Part shown: one piece after another, positions 12,631-26,652 of the stretch
Numbering within the stretch: the first letter of the stretch is position 1
How the letters are laid out: every line of letters starts with the position of its first letter
Assembly (NCBI RefSeq): GCF_024521635.1
Contig: NW_026250407.1
Location: 558,001 to 622,000, forward strand
Length of the DNA: 64,000 bases
Direction: 5' to 3'
DNA from: Tricharina praecox
Taxonomy: Eukaryota
Translations under genes and position numbers: made by a program
Notes under the pieces: model-generated
Seen by the model: only the letters and a program-made list of their open reading frames with translations
What the model was told of the DNA's origin: nothing
Databases searched by the model: none

Positions 12631-13186
12631 GTGCCAGTTGTGATGAGCATCCTCGAATAATTCGTGATTCCATCGCCCACCGCATAGCAGTGAACAATAT
12701 ATATTGCAACACGAGGATTGGACCGAAGTGGGCCGTCTCATAGAGTCCTATTGACGCTCACTTAGCTACTTCTCTATTATAAAACTGTTTTTGAGGCACG
12801 GGAACGGAGTTGATTCGAGTGACAGATGAAGCTGCTCGGCTGGCCTAAGGCTGCCCCAAGGCTGAACTCAGCCTTCTTTTGCAGATAACAAGCTTTGCGC
12901 TAAAGAACTCTCCATGGTTACACATGCCAGTTGGCTCACGGGGATTTTACGGGCGGGCCGCACCGTGATCTCCAGGCAACTTAGAGCAGAATCATTCCGG
13001 TTCGTGACTTTTGTACGCGTGTCCCAATATCCCGATCACTTTCCCTGCGTCTCGAAGGTACCTGTTTTTTCCGCCATAGCTCACCGGCGGTCCAAAACTC
13101 GATCTAAGAGGTACTTAGATTACGAGGACGACTAGGTTGCGTAGCCGCGGTGGTGCTGGTGCAGTCAGTCAAGTCCCCTGAGTGGA

Positions 13187-15054
13187 GTGAGAGTGAGCAT
13201 CGCTCTCCCCCGACTGCACGCCATCAACTCAACAACGTCCCACAGCTCGCCACCCCCCCCCTCCGCAACGATGAGACCGAACGGAAGCCTCTCGGCCCTG
13301 GTCGCCGGCGCGCAATCGATCTCGACGCGACGATTAATCCTCTTCCTCGGCGGGATCCTCGTGCTCTCGACAACACTGCTACTCTTCACGTCCGTGAACC
13401 TCTCCACCGAGTCGCTGAGAACCGTCAGTCTCGAGATTCCCGACAGTATCAAGGGGAAACTCCATGTTCCCACCGTGTTCAAGCCCGCTACACACACGCC
13501 CCCGCCGCCGGCTAAAAACTCGACCGCTTCCACCGAGGGTTGGTTTGCCAGCTGGAGCTGGATGAACCCATTCTCCTCCGGTCAGGGGGATAGAATTGCG
13601 CTCCCGCCAATCGAGAGGTGCTCGATCTACACTTACTATGAGCCCCCGGAGGATAAGGTGCAGGCGGTCGTGGAAGACAAGATGCTGCTTGCGTGGAGAC
13701 GAGTGTGGTGGGCGTATGGGTTCAAGCCCATGATCTTGGGTCCGGCAGAGGCGAAGACCAGTGGATTCTATGAGATGGTCAACAGAGCGCCGTATGTGCC
13801 GGCGATGAAGAAGGAATTGATGAGGCTGTTGGCGTGGAATTATGTGGATGCGGGTATCTTGGTCAATTACAGGGTGAGGATTACCGATTCTGGCAAAACG
13901 GAGTTGTTCTAATGCCTTCGTCCTTGAATTAGGTACTCCCGATGGGCCCCCACGACGACGATACCATTTCTTCTCTCCGCCGCTGCAAGTTCGTCTACAT
14001 GAACCGCTACAAGAACTTCGACCAGAAGCTGTACAGCTCCGACAAAGTATCACTCAACAAGGTGCTGATGTACGTCACCGAAAATCCTCCGGCGGCAGAC
14101 CAGAACGTCACGTCCGTCGAGGAAGTCATCGCCAACCTCCCCAAGCCCGAGGAATGGATGCGAGAAGGCTCCTACCCGGCTGCATTGGCAGACTACACTC
14201 CAGAGGTCGTAGCCGATAAATACAAAGACCTCGAGCCCGCCCAGCTCCCGGGCCTGGTCAACGCACACCTGCACAGCACCTTTCTCTCGCACTACCCGGA
14301 CGGAATGCTCCTCCTCTCGCCATTCCCGGACAAGTTCGGCGCACTGCACCATCCCGCGCTGGAGCTGGCCAATCGTATCGCTTCCTGCCCGGTCAACAAC
14401 CCGCTCCCGGAATCCTGCCCACCAAACCTGCGCAAATGCACGCCATGTAAGAAACCCGCCGCAATTAGCAGCCCCGACCACCTGGAAGAGACCACGAAGT
14501 CGTTCACACTGGGCACCATCCCGCACCCCTTTACAACGATCGAGCTCGCCAACGACGACGTCTCGCTCATGAACGACCCGGAGAAGACGCTGCTGCGGTA
14601 CATCCGGCGCAAGTCCGTGCGCGACCCATGGATCAAAGAGGTGACCAAGAGTCCGTACATGAAATCGGGGCTCGGCAGTCCTCCACGCGCATCCAAGATC
14701 AAAGAGCTCGTGGTCCCCAAGCTGGGCTCAAAGTTCCTCTCCATCTGGAGCACGGACAAGGAAGGCTTCAAAGACACGGAATGGACCCTCGGCTTCGTCC
14801 CGCCTACCCTCAAGGAGCTGAAGCTGCAGCTCCCCGGCGCCCAGGGAAATCAGAAGAAAAAACTCTACAATGCCAAAATGGCGAATGTCCGTGGCAAGAA
14901 TAAGATCATCGGCTTCGTCGAGGGCTGGAATACCGGTGATACAGAGGTGTGGAAGTTTGTCAATGCGTGGAGAGAACGGAGGGTGCTGGAACGCAGCAAG
15001 TGGACGGCTGCCGAGAAGAAGTATGGGCAGGGTCTTGACAAGGAGGAACGGTAA
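13187..15054 (+). CDS. Fungal hypothetical protein with N-terminal transmembrane anchor (type II membrane-like); start may be 13271
   Basis: Two long ORFs joined in frame by intron 13874-13932 (YR|VLPMGP). Hydrophobic segment LILFLGGILVLSTTLLLF; strong GC3 codon bias. Confidence 0.8.
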
Positions 15055-15814
15055 TGTGATGTGATGTGCGAATGTATATGGATGGAGAATTCGGGAATAG
15101 GGGGAATAGACAATGGTTGGCGTATCACTTTCCTAACTACCTTGCTTGATTGCTTGCTTGCCTGTCTATCGTCTGTCTGTCTGTCTGTCTGTCTGTCTGT
15201 ACTCTCCAGCCTGTCTACTTCTTTCCATGTATCTTTGAATTATTAGTTTTTTGTTTCTGGTATGCTTGTCTAACTGTCGTGTGAGTGACCGGACGTGTTA
15301 GTACCATGTACAGTACCTACTCTATCAACAGAGGTCTTTCCGCCATCCACACCACCTGTACCACCTACATAGTAACGTGCGCTCGGGGGCCTTCCGTTCA
15401 CTGCACTGCACTGCACCGTAGGTCCGTAGCCTACTCTGCATGACCGTGAAAAAGGCTGTGCAAACTACAAAGGGCTCGGGATCGATCGGCGGGGCGGGTT
15501 AAAGTCAGCATAGGCTCGTGTTGATCGGTTTCAAGCTTTCCTGTGGTTCCCTGGTTCGTGGTAAAGTCTAACTATGAGTAGAGGCTTGGCGATTGTATGT
15601 TCGTATTCTCTAAATGGAGGGGTCTAGCCCATGTTCCATCGAACTGCATGAGGGCTGCTGGTGGACGCTCATGCTGGGGATTCGGACCTCCAGAGATGAG
15701 TGTTCACGAGTCCGCTAGTAGTCATAAACATGAGAGAGAAAGAGAGGTATCATTGCTAAACTACGCGGACAAGATAGCACATACGAAAGCAATGGAAGCA
15801 AAACACTACACTCA

Positions 15815-16786
15815 TCAGGTGCCGCCGCCGCCGCCGCCGCCGCATCCACCACCACTAAGCCCGCTCCCAAACGGCGTAAACCCCCAACCAGCGCCCTCCT
15901 TCCCAGCGCTGAGCCCCCTCTTCGCGCGTTCCTTCATCAGCAGCAACACCAAGAGCGCCGTATCCCTCCACGCGGCATCCAGCGCTGCCGCCGGATCCAA
16001 AAACTCCAGCGTGCCGGCATGTCCATCCTTCCACCTCAGCTCCCTCGTGAACGGCGGATTCGTGGGAACAATATCATCATAGACAGCCAGCTCGGTCCCC
16101 GGCTGCTCCGCCTCGACCAGCACCGCGCGGTACGAATTAAACAGCAGCGACGGCTTCTCGGTCATGGCGGCCTTAAACCTACCCATAGCCGACAACCCCG
16201 CCTTCCGTGCCTCATCCTCCACCGACCCCGGGACAACGGTATTTTTCGCCGTGTGCTCCTCGGCGTTTGCGGGCGGCCGCTGGCTCACGCTGACCTGCCA
16301 CGCCAGCCGCCGCCCGCAAAGCTCAAACACCGCCTTATCCTTGTGCTTCGCGACCACAATCTTCTGTACTGCCACCGCGGCGCCGGCGCCGCTGCCAGCA
16401 AACATCCGCACCTCGGCGAGTGCCTTCCCCAGGATCAAGGACTTGAGTGTCCCCGTCCCGAGCACTTGCCCGTTCGTGTCCCCGCCCCGGTATAGTGTCA
16501 CGTCCGGCGGGCTCGACGAGCCCGGCAGTGATACCGTAGACGGCCGCTGGTGCCGGTATGCGTATTGTGCCCGGCACTGGGCCGGGTCGCTGCTGTGGTA
16601 GCTGAGGATTAGACCGTGCCGGTAAGGGTAGATCTCTTCGCGCTGTAGGTAGAACTTTGGGTGCTTGCTGTCGCCGGCGGCGGGTGGCCCGCTGGAGGAG
16701 GGGAGGGTGCTGCTCGAGGGTGGGGTGTATGCAGGCACGGCTTCTGAGGGGTAGGAGGGCGGTGGTATGTCCGAGGTGGACGCCAT
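15815..16786 (-). CDS. Hypothetical protein, single exon, PPSY motif at N-terminus
   Basis: 323-aa ATG-initiated ORF with good start context (GCAACCATGG) and coding-like GC bias. Confidence 0.7.
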   Translation of the reverse strand: MASTSDIPPPSYPSEAVPAYTPPSSSTLPSSSGPPAAGDSKHPKFYLQREEIYPYRHGLILSYHSSDPAQCRAQYAYRHQRPSTVSLPGSSSPPDVTLYRGGDTNGQVLGTGTLKSLILGKALAEVRMFAGSGAGAAVAVQKIVVAKHKDKAVFELCGRRLAWQVSVSQRPPANAEEHTAKNTVVPGSVEDEARKAGLSAMGRFKAAMTEKPSLLFNSYRAVLVEAEQPGTELAVYDDIVPTNPPFTRELRWKDGHAGTLEFLDPAAALDAAWRDTALLVLLLMKERAKRGLSAGKEGAGWGFTPFGSGLSGGGCGGGGGGGT

Positions 16787-17993
16787 GGTTGCGGGAGGGG
16801 GGGATGGCGTTTGTGATTGTGATAGCCAGTGGGGGAGGTGATGGGTCCCTTTATGTACACCTCGAACCCATATTTATCGTAGGACAGACACCCAGGCCAG
16901 CAGCCGGAGCAGTCTACGTGATGATGTTTCGCACAAGGGGGCGGGGTGTGGAGAGTACAGGTGGAGGCTGTGCAATTATGTATGTACATATCTGCTCCAT
17001 CGCATCTCGAAGCAGGTAACTACCCTAGCTGTATGCGGACGGAGGTGATACCGTGAATCGATGTGGGGCATTTCTGGCAAGGCAGACATGTTTAAGATAA
17101 GTTGGATGTTGCAGCTGGGAATGTCGAGCGAGTCAAGGCCGTCGTACGGATCATGGGCGTGATGAAAGTCTGCCCTGGTAAGCAGCGTACGCATAGCAAG
17201 GCTCGTGACTCGTGGGTTGTGGGTTCTACATGGAGATCGATTTAACCTCCGCTGCTGGCCTCGCTAAACCGCGGGCTTGGCGAACTCAAAACAGCATCGT
17301 ACAAACACCACATTTCGTCGTACAGAAGCAGAGTAACAACTGATAAGGCCATTCAAGAAAAGGCATACTTTGTGGTCAGTCCTCCTCCATTATTGAAGCT
17401 ACCACAACCACTCACATCGAGTCACTCGTCCCTGTCTTTCCTTTCCTTTCCTTGCCGTCATAGGTATGATATGTCGTTGCCGGTGCCCTCGAGCAAGCTA
17501 CTCTAGTCACCCTCCTCACAATCCGCAGTGCAGAAAGCAGTGGGAAAGTATGTAATCCGTTCGAAGTGGCTGCTTCCCCCATTGTCCCTGGGGAGGATTG
17601 GAAAGACCCCAATAATGGACAGAGAGCCGGTAATCAGCATCAAGGGCATAGATCTGGGTTTCTTTACGGATAACTGTGGTGTTCAAATATCAACCTGTGC
17701 CGACTGCATGAAGCTTCACATGCATGGATATCTACATTATATAACGACGTTGGTCACGTGACCGATAAGATAACCTCATCCCACCCCACTACTCTCTAGC
17801 TCCATATAAGCTACCTGCAGGATGCGGCTCTAGAAAAAAAGTTAGAACCAACGGCGACCGACGGCGGCGTAGAAACAATTTAACAAAAGCTCTGCAATTC
17901 CCCTTCTGAAGGAAACAACTTTCGACAAATTCTCCGATTTGTCCACTGAAGAGCAGTAGCAGCACTCTGCTCACCCCCCGCCCGCCCGCCAGC

Positions 17994-20774
17994 ATGATCA
18001 CGAGAAATGCGCTCCGCCTCCCCCCCAACGTCTGCCTGTTCTGCCGGATCAATGTCACGGCGCCAGGAAACCGCGCACGACTGAGCAGCGGCGGCGGCGG
18101 CGGTGGCGGCGCAGGCACGGCTCGTCTGTTCTCCACGACGCTGCCCACTTTGGTATGCGCACTCTTCACCTGCCTGCCTGTTGCAATTCCTCGGGGTTTC
18201 ACCAGAAAACTAATGATCCTCCCGCACAGCGCTCAGGACCGTCATCGAAATCGAAATCCTCCGGCGTCCCCGACCTCCGCAGCAACCTATACCGGCGGGC
18301 CCCCTCTCGCCCAGGGCAGTCGACACGCGACCTCGCGCAAGGCCGCGAAAACGTGCGCGACCGCCTTCCACGGTACGAAGGCGGCAGCGGATCCCGTGGC
18401 GGCAGCGGGGGCAGCAGCAGCAGCAGCCGACCCCCCCAGGCGGAATCCAACCCGATCACGCAATACGAGCTTGAGCAGAACGTGAAGCGGGCGATGCTGG
18501 CGCTGACGCCGCGGCAGAGCGCGCTGGACGAGGGCGGGTACCTGGCGAAGTTCCTGCCGAGCCGGGTCGAGCTGGAGGAGGTCGACGCGAAGTGGGTCGA
18601 GTTCAAGAGTGAGTTCTGGGATGCGTTCCGGTCGACGGATCTGAGTGCCTCCGGCACCAAGGGGATGCCGTCGAGGAGGGCGCTCGAGGCCAAGTATAGA
18701 GTCGGCGGGATCGGCGGGATCAAGTTCGTGCTCCAGCAGGCTTTCGTGCAGCATATGGGATACGCCCAGGCCCCCGCTATGGTGCTGCGCCAGGGAAATA
18801 TGGAGATGGCTGCGGATGTGAGGTTCCCTCAGGAGTGGTTTGCGGTCACCCGCCAAATGCATAGGACCTGGCATCTCCACGTTGGACCGACGAACTCGGG
18901 AAAGACGTACCATGCGCTTAAGCGGCTGGAGGAGGTCGGGAACGGCATCTATGCGGGCCCCTTGCGGTTACTCGCACAGGAGATTTTCGAGAGGATGAAT
19001 GCCAAAGGGATCCCGTGCAACTTGGTCATGGGAGACGATGTCAGGACTGTGGACGAGAACGCCACTGTGCAGAGCAGCACCATGGAGATGGTGGACCTGA
19101 ACAAGGAAGTCGACGTCTGTGTCATTGACGAGATCCAGATGATCGGTGATTTGGAGCGAGGATGGGCGTGGACCGAGGCGGTACTGGGTGTGAGAGCGAA
19201 GGAAGTCCACATGTGCGGTGAGGAGCGAACGGTGGAAATCATCAAGAGGCTGGCGGCAAGTGTCGGCGACAAACTGACCATCCACCGATACAAGCGTCTT
19301 GGACCATTAGAGGTGGAAGCTACCAGTCTGGACGGCGATCTGAAGAAGATCCAGAGGGGAGACTGTGTTGTCACATTCTCCCGTCGAAACATCTTCGCAC
19401 TGAAGAGGAGTATCGAGGAGCAGACGGGAAAGCACTGCGCTGTGGTGTATGGATCGTTACCTCCGGAGACACGAAGCACTCAGGCGAAGCTCTTCAATGA
19501 CGAGAACAATGACTACGACGTCCTCGTGGCATCCGATGCCGTCGGAATGGGATTGAATCTGTGCGTACACTCGCCTTCTCCCCTTTTCCCCCTCCTGATC
19601 TAACCATTTAACAGGAGCATCAAGCGTGTGATCTTCGAGGCAGTCGAGAAGTGGAACGGCACAGCAACCGTCGCCATCCCGGTTCCATCAATCAAACAGA
19701 TCGCCGGCCGAGCCGGCCGCTACAAAGCGCCCAAGGTCGACGCTCACGTCAAGCCCGACGAAACCTCGATCCCCCTACCACCCGTTTCACAGGTCGGGTA
19801 TGTAACGACGATTGACCGGTCCGACCTGAAGGCGGTCCGTAAAGCCCTCTCCACCGAAGTCAAGCCCATCAAATCCGCCGGAATCTTGCCTCGCTCCGAA
19901 CACATCGAACTCTTTGCCGCACAGTTCCCGTCAAAGAAGCCGTTCAGCGAAGTGCTCAAGCAGATGAACGAGTACCTGCGGACCTCCGAGCTCTTCCATC
20001 CCTGCAGCTTGCGGGAGAACATTGAGATCGCCGTGCTGTTCGACGACATCGAGGGACTCACCGTTGCCGATCGCATGACCTTCATCATGGCGCCCATCGG
20101 AAACGACGCAAAGACGAAGCTGGCCGTCAGGAACATGGCCAACTGCGTAGCCCACAACACGGACGGCAGTATCCTCCGCATCAGCGCCATCGACCTCGAA
20201 GCGCTCGATATGATCCCAACGACCATCTTCGACCTGCAGCGACTGGAGGCTCTCCACAAGGCGCTGATCGTCTACCTCTGGCTCTCGTAAGCCCCCCTCC
20301 CCCCGCCTTCCCTCCTCCTCTCCGCAATCCAGATCTAACGAAAACCCCAGCTACCGTTTCCCCGCCACCTTCACGCCGCGCGAAACCGCACAAGAGCTCA
20401 AGTTCCTGTGCGAGACACAAATCGAGAAGTGTCTGAAGGCGGTGCGCTTTACACGGAAGAAGGCGACTCGCGGCAGCCGCATGGCCAACAACATTGCCGA
20501 GTCGCTGGACCCCGACGCAATGGTCAACCTTGCGGAGGAGAAGAACGAGCCCGACGAGAAACTCGCCGAGAACGTCCAGGTCAAGCATGAAGACCTCCCC
20601 GCGCTCGAGGAGCTGCGCGTCGAGGAGGATGATCGCGATTTCTACGCTGTTACCGGGATGTGTCTCAACTGCGGAAGGAAGGGGCATGCTGCCGCGGAGT
20701 GTCCTGAGTCGAAGAGGGTGGACTTGCTGGAGCAGGAGCAGGAGGCGCCGAAGGGTCATGAGGACCGTGTGTAA
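17994..20774 (+). CDS. SUV3: Mitochondrial ATP-dependent RNA helicase SUV3, 4 exons, with C-terminal CCHC knuckle
   Basis: HVGPTNSGKT (Walker A), YAGPLRLLA, IDEIQ, VYGSLPPETR, VASDAVGMGLNL, KQIAGRAGR and WLSYRFP (across intron 20287-20350). Confidence 0.95.
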
Positions 20775-21151
20775 ATGTGGCAGGTGCGATGTAAGAGTAC
20801 GATGATATAGGTATGATGGTTCGATTGTAAGTTATGGTTGGCTGGTTTGCTGGAATGTATTCATAGATGGTGGGCCGGTGGGCCGGTTGGGTGTTGGGTC
20901 TCAAAAGCATTGTGGGTTTTTTCTCGGACACTGGAAAAGTAATCTCAAAAACCATTCCATTAGCAGTGAAGTACTGGTACTCTACCACACTCCTGCAGTG
21001 CATCCATCCCTAATCAAAGTGGCAAATTCCCATACCATCCCATACTCCAAACCCCCAAACCAGAACCACGCAATGCAGGCAGTAAACACATATACCAATC
21101 AAACCTATCGTTAAAGAAATCATGAAGCAATGAAACGCATATGCCATGCCA

Positions 21152-22830
<1,679 letters not shown>

Positions 22831-24207
22831 TGCTTCTTTTTTTCTGCTTCTTCTTCTTGATCTTCTTCTGCTTCTTCTGCGACCAGGTACGGTATTCTAT
22901 GTAGGCTTCGACGTTCGGTGGTGGCGAGTGCGGCTCTAGTTAGTGGTGGCGAGTGCGGCTCCAAAGCTCAAGTTAACACCCATGAAAGCTATTGTATGTA
23001 GGATGGGATGACGTTTGGAGCTACCCGGCGGCTTGGCGTTACCCGGCCATTCACATCGAGAAAGGGCGTCACGGTGTGACCCCCACGCGGGATACAACTC
23101 CACGAACTTGCCTGCCTGCAGTCTGCAGACGAACGCGGCGCTGCAATTGCAACAGCCCTCCCCAGATTCTTATGCTTAGGCTTGGGGCTCTCCGGACTGG
23201 CCTCGGGCCCTGCATACTTCTTGGAGTCATAGATACATACATCATACGATTACAATACATATGTCTTCCGCAGCATGCACAGCAGAGGCATAACATATCA
23301 AACACGACCAACCGGGATCACAGCGGGCTGCGGCAGAGGTACATGCCCACGATCTTTGAGAGGATATTCCGTCCCTGCATAAGGAGCGCCACAATTTCAT
23401 GTTTTAACCGGTCAGCTTCGTTCCATCACTCGAGCGGATGTAGTGACATTCACATTGGACACAATCACAAACAAGTATCGGACGATTATGGACGAGGGAT
23501 TCCTAGCTTAGCGAGCCCTATCTGTCACATCAAGAAGCAAGCACCTGACCCATACCCAGCCCCGCAGCAGCAAGCCATCAGAAAACAAAAATAACAAGTA
23601 TGAAGAGGAAGAAAAAAAAGACAACCCCTTCCCGGAATTTCGTAAGTAATGCACATATTCGAACGGAGAGGTAAGGTGAAAAGAGAAGACAAAAGAGAAA
23701 GGAAAGGAACGGAAGAGGTGTATAAAAAGCCTTTCAACTAGAGAAGTAGGAAACTTGAACAGAGTAAACGCCTCCCAAAAAAAAGACAACAGACAACGAG
23801 ACAATGAAGACACCGCTCAAGGATATAAGGAAAGGAAAGGAATGAAAAAGTAAGAGACAAAACGAAAAGCATTTCCGTAAGCACAAGAGCCATAGTAAAA
23901 CAAAATGCCCAGACAAAGGTAGCAGAAGAAGCGAGATGTAAAGGAGATGTAACGTTACGGGAATACGGAAACCCCGACAATTAAGGCCCGCCAATGACAC
24001 CCTGCACGTGTAAACAACCCAAGAACCAAATGCCATCCCAAAGAACTCCACGCCCTCATACAAAAGTAGACCCACTGCCGATAGCCCCCACAATCAACCC
24101 AACATAGAGATGAAAGTGGAGACTGCCGCCAACCAAAGCCCACTTAAAATTGTCAAAACGTACCAGTGAAGATTGCTTCAAACGCCAACCCCGCCACTTC
24201 AAGCCCT

Positions 24208-24682
24208 TCAATTCGACAGCTTCGTTCGTTTGTTTGTCACTCTTGGGCTCTGCTTGATCTTCTGTGCCGCCGCACCATTCACCCCACCTCCATCGGCACC
24301 ATCACCGATGTCGGCGTTAGCGTTGCTGGTTATGCTGGCTCTTCGGCGTTTGTTCGTCTGATGAGGGCTCGTGTTAGCGCTTCCAACGGTCGTGCTTGTT
24401 TGCGAACTAGGGTTGCTCGTGGGATGCTGATGCTGCGAATGCTGCGCTATCATACCAGGGGCTTGCATGTGGTTTTGTGCGGGGCTTGGAGTCGCTCCAC
24501 CCCCGCCAATATGTGGCGATTGAACGCCTCCCATCCGTACATCACCCCCCACCGACGGAGAGTTGCTCATCGGGATACCAAGTTGTTGGCCATGAGACAT
24601 TCCAACCACACCAGGGCCCCCGGGCATGACAGATCGCGGTGCCGGTCCGTTCGCCATTTGCAGGTGGTGCTGCTGTTGCTGT

Positions 24683-24750
<68 letters not shown>

Positions 24751-24753
24751 TTG

Positions 24754-24816
<63 letters not shown>

Positions 24817-26652
24817 TTGCTGCTGCTGCTGTTGCTGCTGGTGCTGCTGCTGGTGCTGCTGCTGTTGTTGCTGCTGGTGCTGCTGCTGCGCCTGTTGCTG
24901 CTGGTGCTGCTGCTGCGCTTGTTGCTGCTGGTGCTGCTGGTGCAGATGGTGCTGCTGCTGAGCGGCTTGCTGGGCTGCTTGCTGGGCCGTTAATTGATGG
25001 TTGTGCGGCTGCTGGTTTACGAGGGCCGTCAAAGCCTGCCGTGGGCCTAGGTGAGGATTCTGTTGAGAGTACGTAATCAAGTCCTTCATCTGTGAAAAGG
25101 TCTCGGCGTTCTAAACACGCAGTCAGAAGGGTCGATCTCATCCATTCCGGCCGCTGGCAGTCAACACACCTCAAGAAGCGATAGCACCATGGGCGGTATG
25201 CCGAATCCGTCCGTCACACCATCCGGTATCGATGGTGGAATCCGCTGTGGGCGTTTGCCCAGTGCCTTGCCGCCCGGTGACATCTTGATCATCTCGGGGG
25301 AACCCTGCTGTAGCAGTTCGTTCATTGACGCCCGTGTGACATACTCCTTGTGGCTGTGCGTCGTAAAGTCGAGCGTGTCTATCTGTTGGTTTTGATTCAG
25401 GTGCACTCTTAACGCACCCTCGGCCACCAACTATGACGAACGGTCAGTGCCTTGGTGATGTAATACCGATGCTAATGCGTAACTCACATGGCAATCATTG
25501 TCAAACCAATATATAAAACTCGTTTTCGGACAGTCCACTACCGTTCCTTGATGTGTAGCCTTTTCCCGTGGCTGCTCCACAAGCATCTGGACATTACGAA
25601 TGCCGCTCTCGAAGAGCGTGAAATAGTACCGTGCTAATAGGTTTGTGGTAATCTCGAACTGCTTCATCTCGTTCTTCTGGTTGTGCACTAATCCTTGGCG
25701 CATGACACCGATTGGCGAGTAGAACTCAAGGACGAATTTTCGCCAGTGGTTTATATCATTTGGCTGACCGGAGGGACCGAATCCGCCGAGATGATCCGCA
25801 AATTGGTGTAATCTTAGTACCGATAGACCAAGCGTTTTTCTGGCGTGCCTGTTAGCATAAGGCAGTGTACCCCAATGATGTCGGAGAAGCGATGAACATA
25901 CTGCGCCGCCGCTGCGTTCACTGCCGCTGCTCTTTGTGCAAGTACATGCTGCTGCTGCATTGCCCCCATCTGGGCTTGTTGGGGCATGTTCATTGCCGCG
26001 GCCTGAGGGTTTCCTTGGGCAGCGGCCTGGCTAGCCATCGTGTATTGTTGGGCAGCTGCAATCTGCTGCTGTTGGTGCTGCTGTTGTTGTAGCTGGTGGT
26101 GCATCTGAGGAGGAAAAATGCCTCGTAGCTGAGGGTTTCCCGCAGTGAACGCCGCCATATTCCCGCCAGGCACTCCACCCGGTCCGCCGCCCGGATACAT
26201 GCCGTTTGGTATACCTGCAGTGCGCATCTGGGGAGCTCCACCGTTCGGGTTCTGGAATGCGGCCATGGCTCCGGGGTTGCTAACGCTCATTCCGCTCATG
26301 AGCTGCTGCTGCTGCTGCTGTCGCTGCCGCACGAGCAAGGCCTGCTGTTGCAACAGATGGGGGTTCATGCCACCTTGGTTAGCAGCGACTAAGGCACATT
26401 TACAGTTAGCTCTAAGCTCTGAAGCGCAAGGACCAAGAAGCGCCCCCCCGTCCCCACAGCGGTAATCGATCGTGAAGTTAAGAGGACGGGAGAAAACTGA
26501 CGTGCTGCTAATTGCTGCTGATAAGCCGCCTGCTGCGGATGCATATGCTGAATACCCACAGCATTGGGCTGGCCTGGGTGGCCCTGAATATGCTGTTGAG
26601 GACCCTGTTGAACCTGCATTTGGTTCGGATGCGTATAGGTTGTCGTCATCAT
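24208..26652 (-). CDS. LIM-domain-binding (LDB1-like) transcription co-regulator, PtaB/Mfg1 family, Q-rich
   Basis: Q-rich N- and C-termini around a LIM-bind-like core (QFADHL..., WRKFVLEFYSP, KQFEITTNLLARYYFTLFESG, SFIYWF, HKEYV, MKDLI.YS); multi-exon. Confidence 0.85.
24662..24990 (-). repeat. CAG/CAA polyglutamine tract (~100 codons of Q with H/A interruptions) in the LDB-family gene
   Basis: (CTG/TTG)n on the plus strand, translating as polyQ in ORF 24208..25089. Confidence 0.95.

Noticed and set aside
24166..25174. Poly-Leu, poly-Cys and poly-Ala ORFs in the track
   Set aside because: Alternative-frame and antisense readings of the CAG/CAA polyQ tract.
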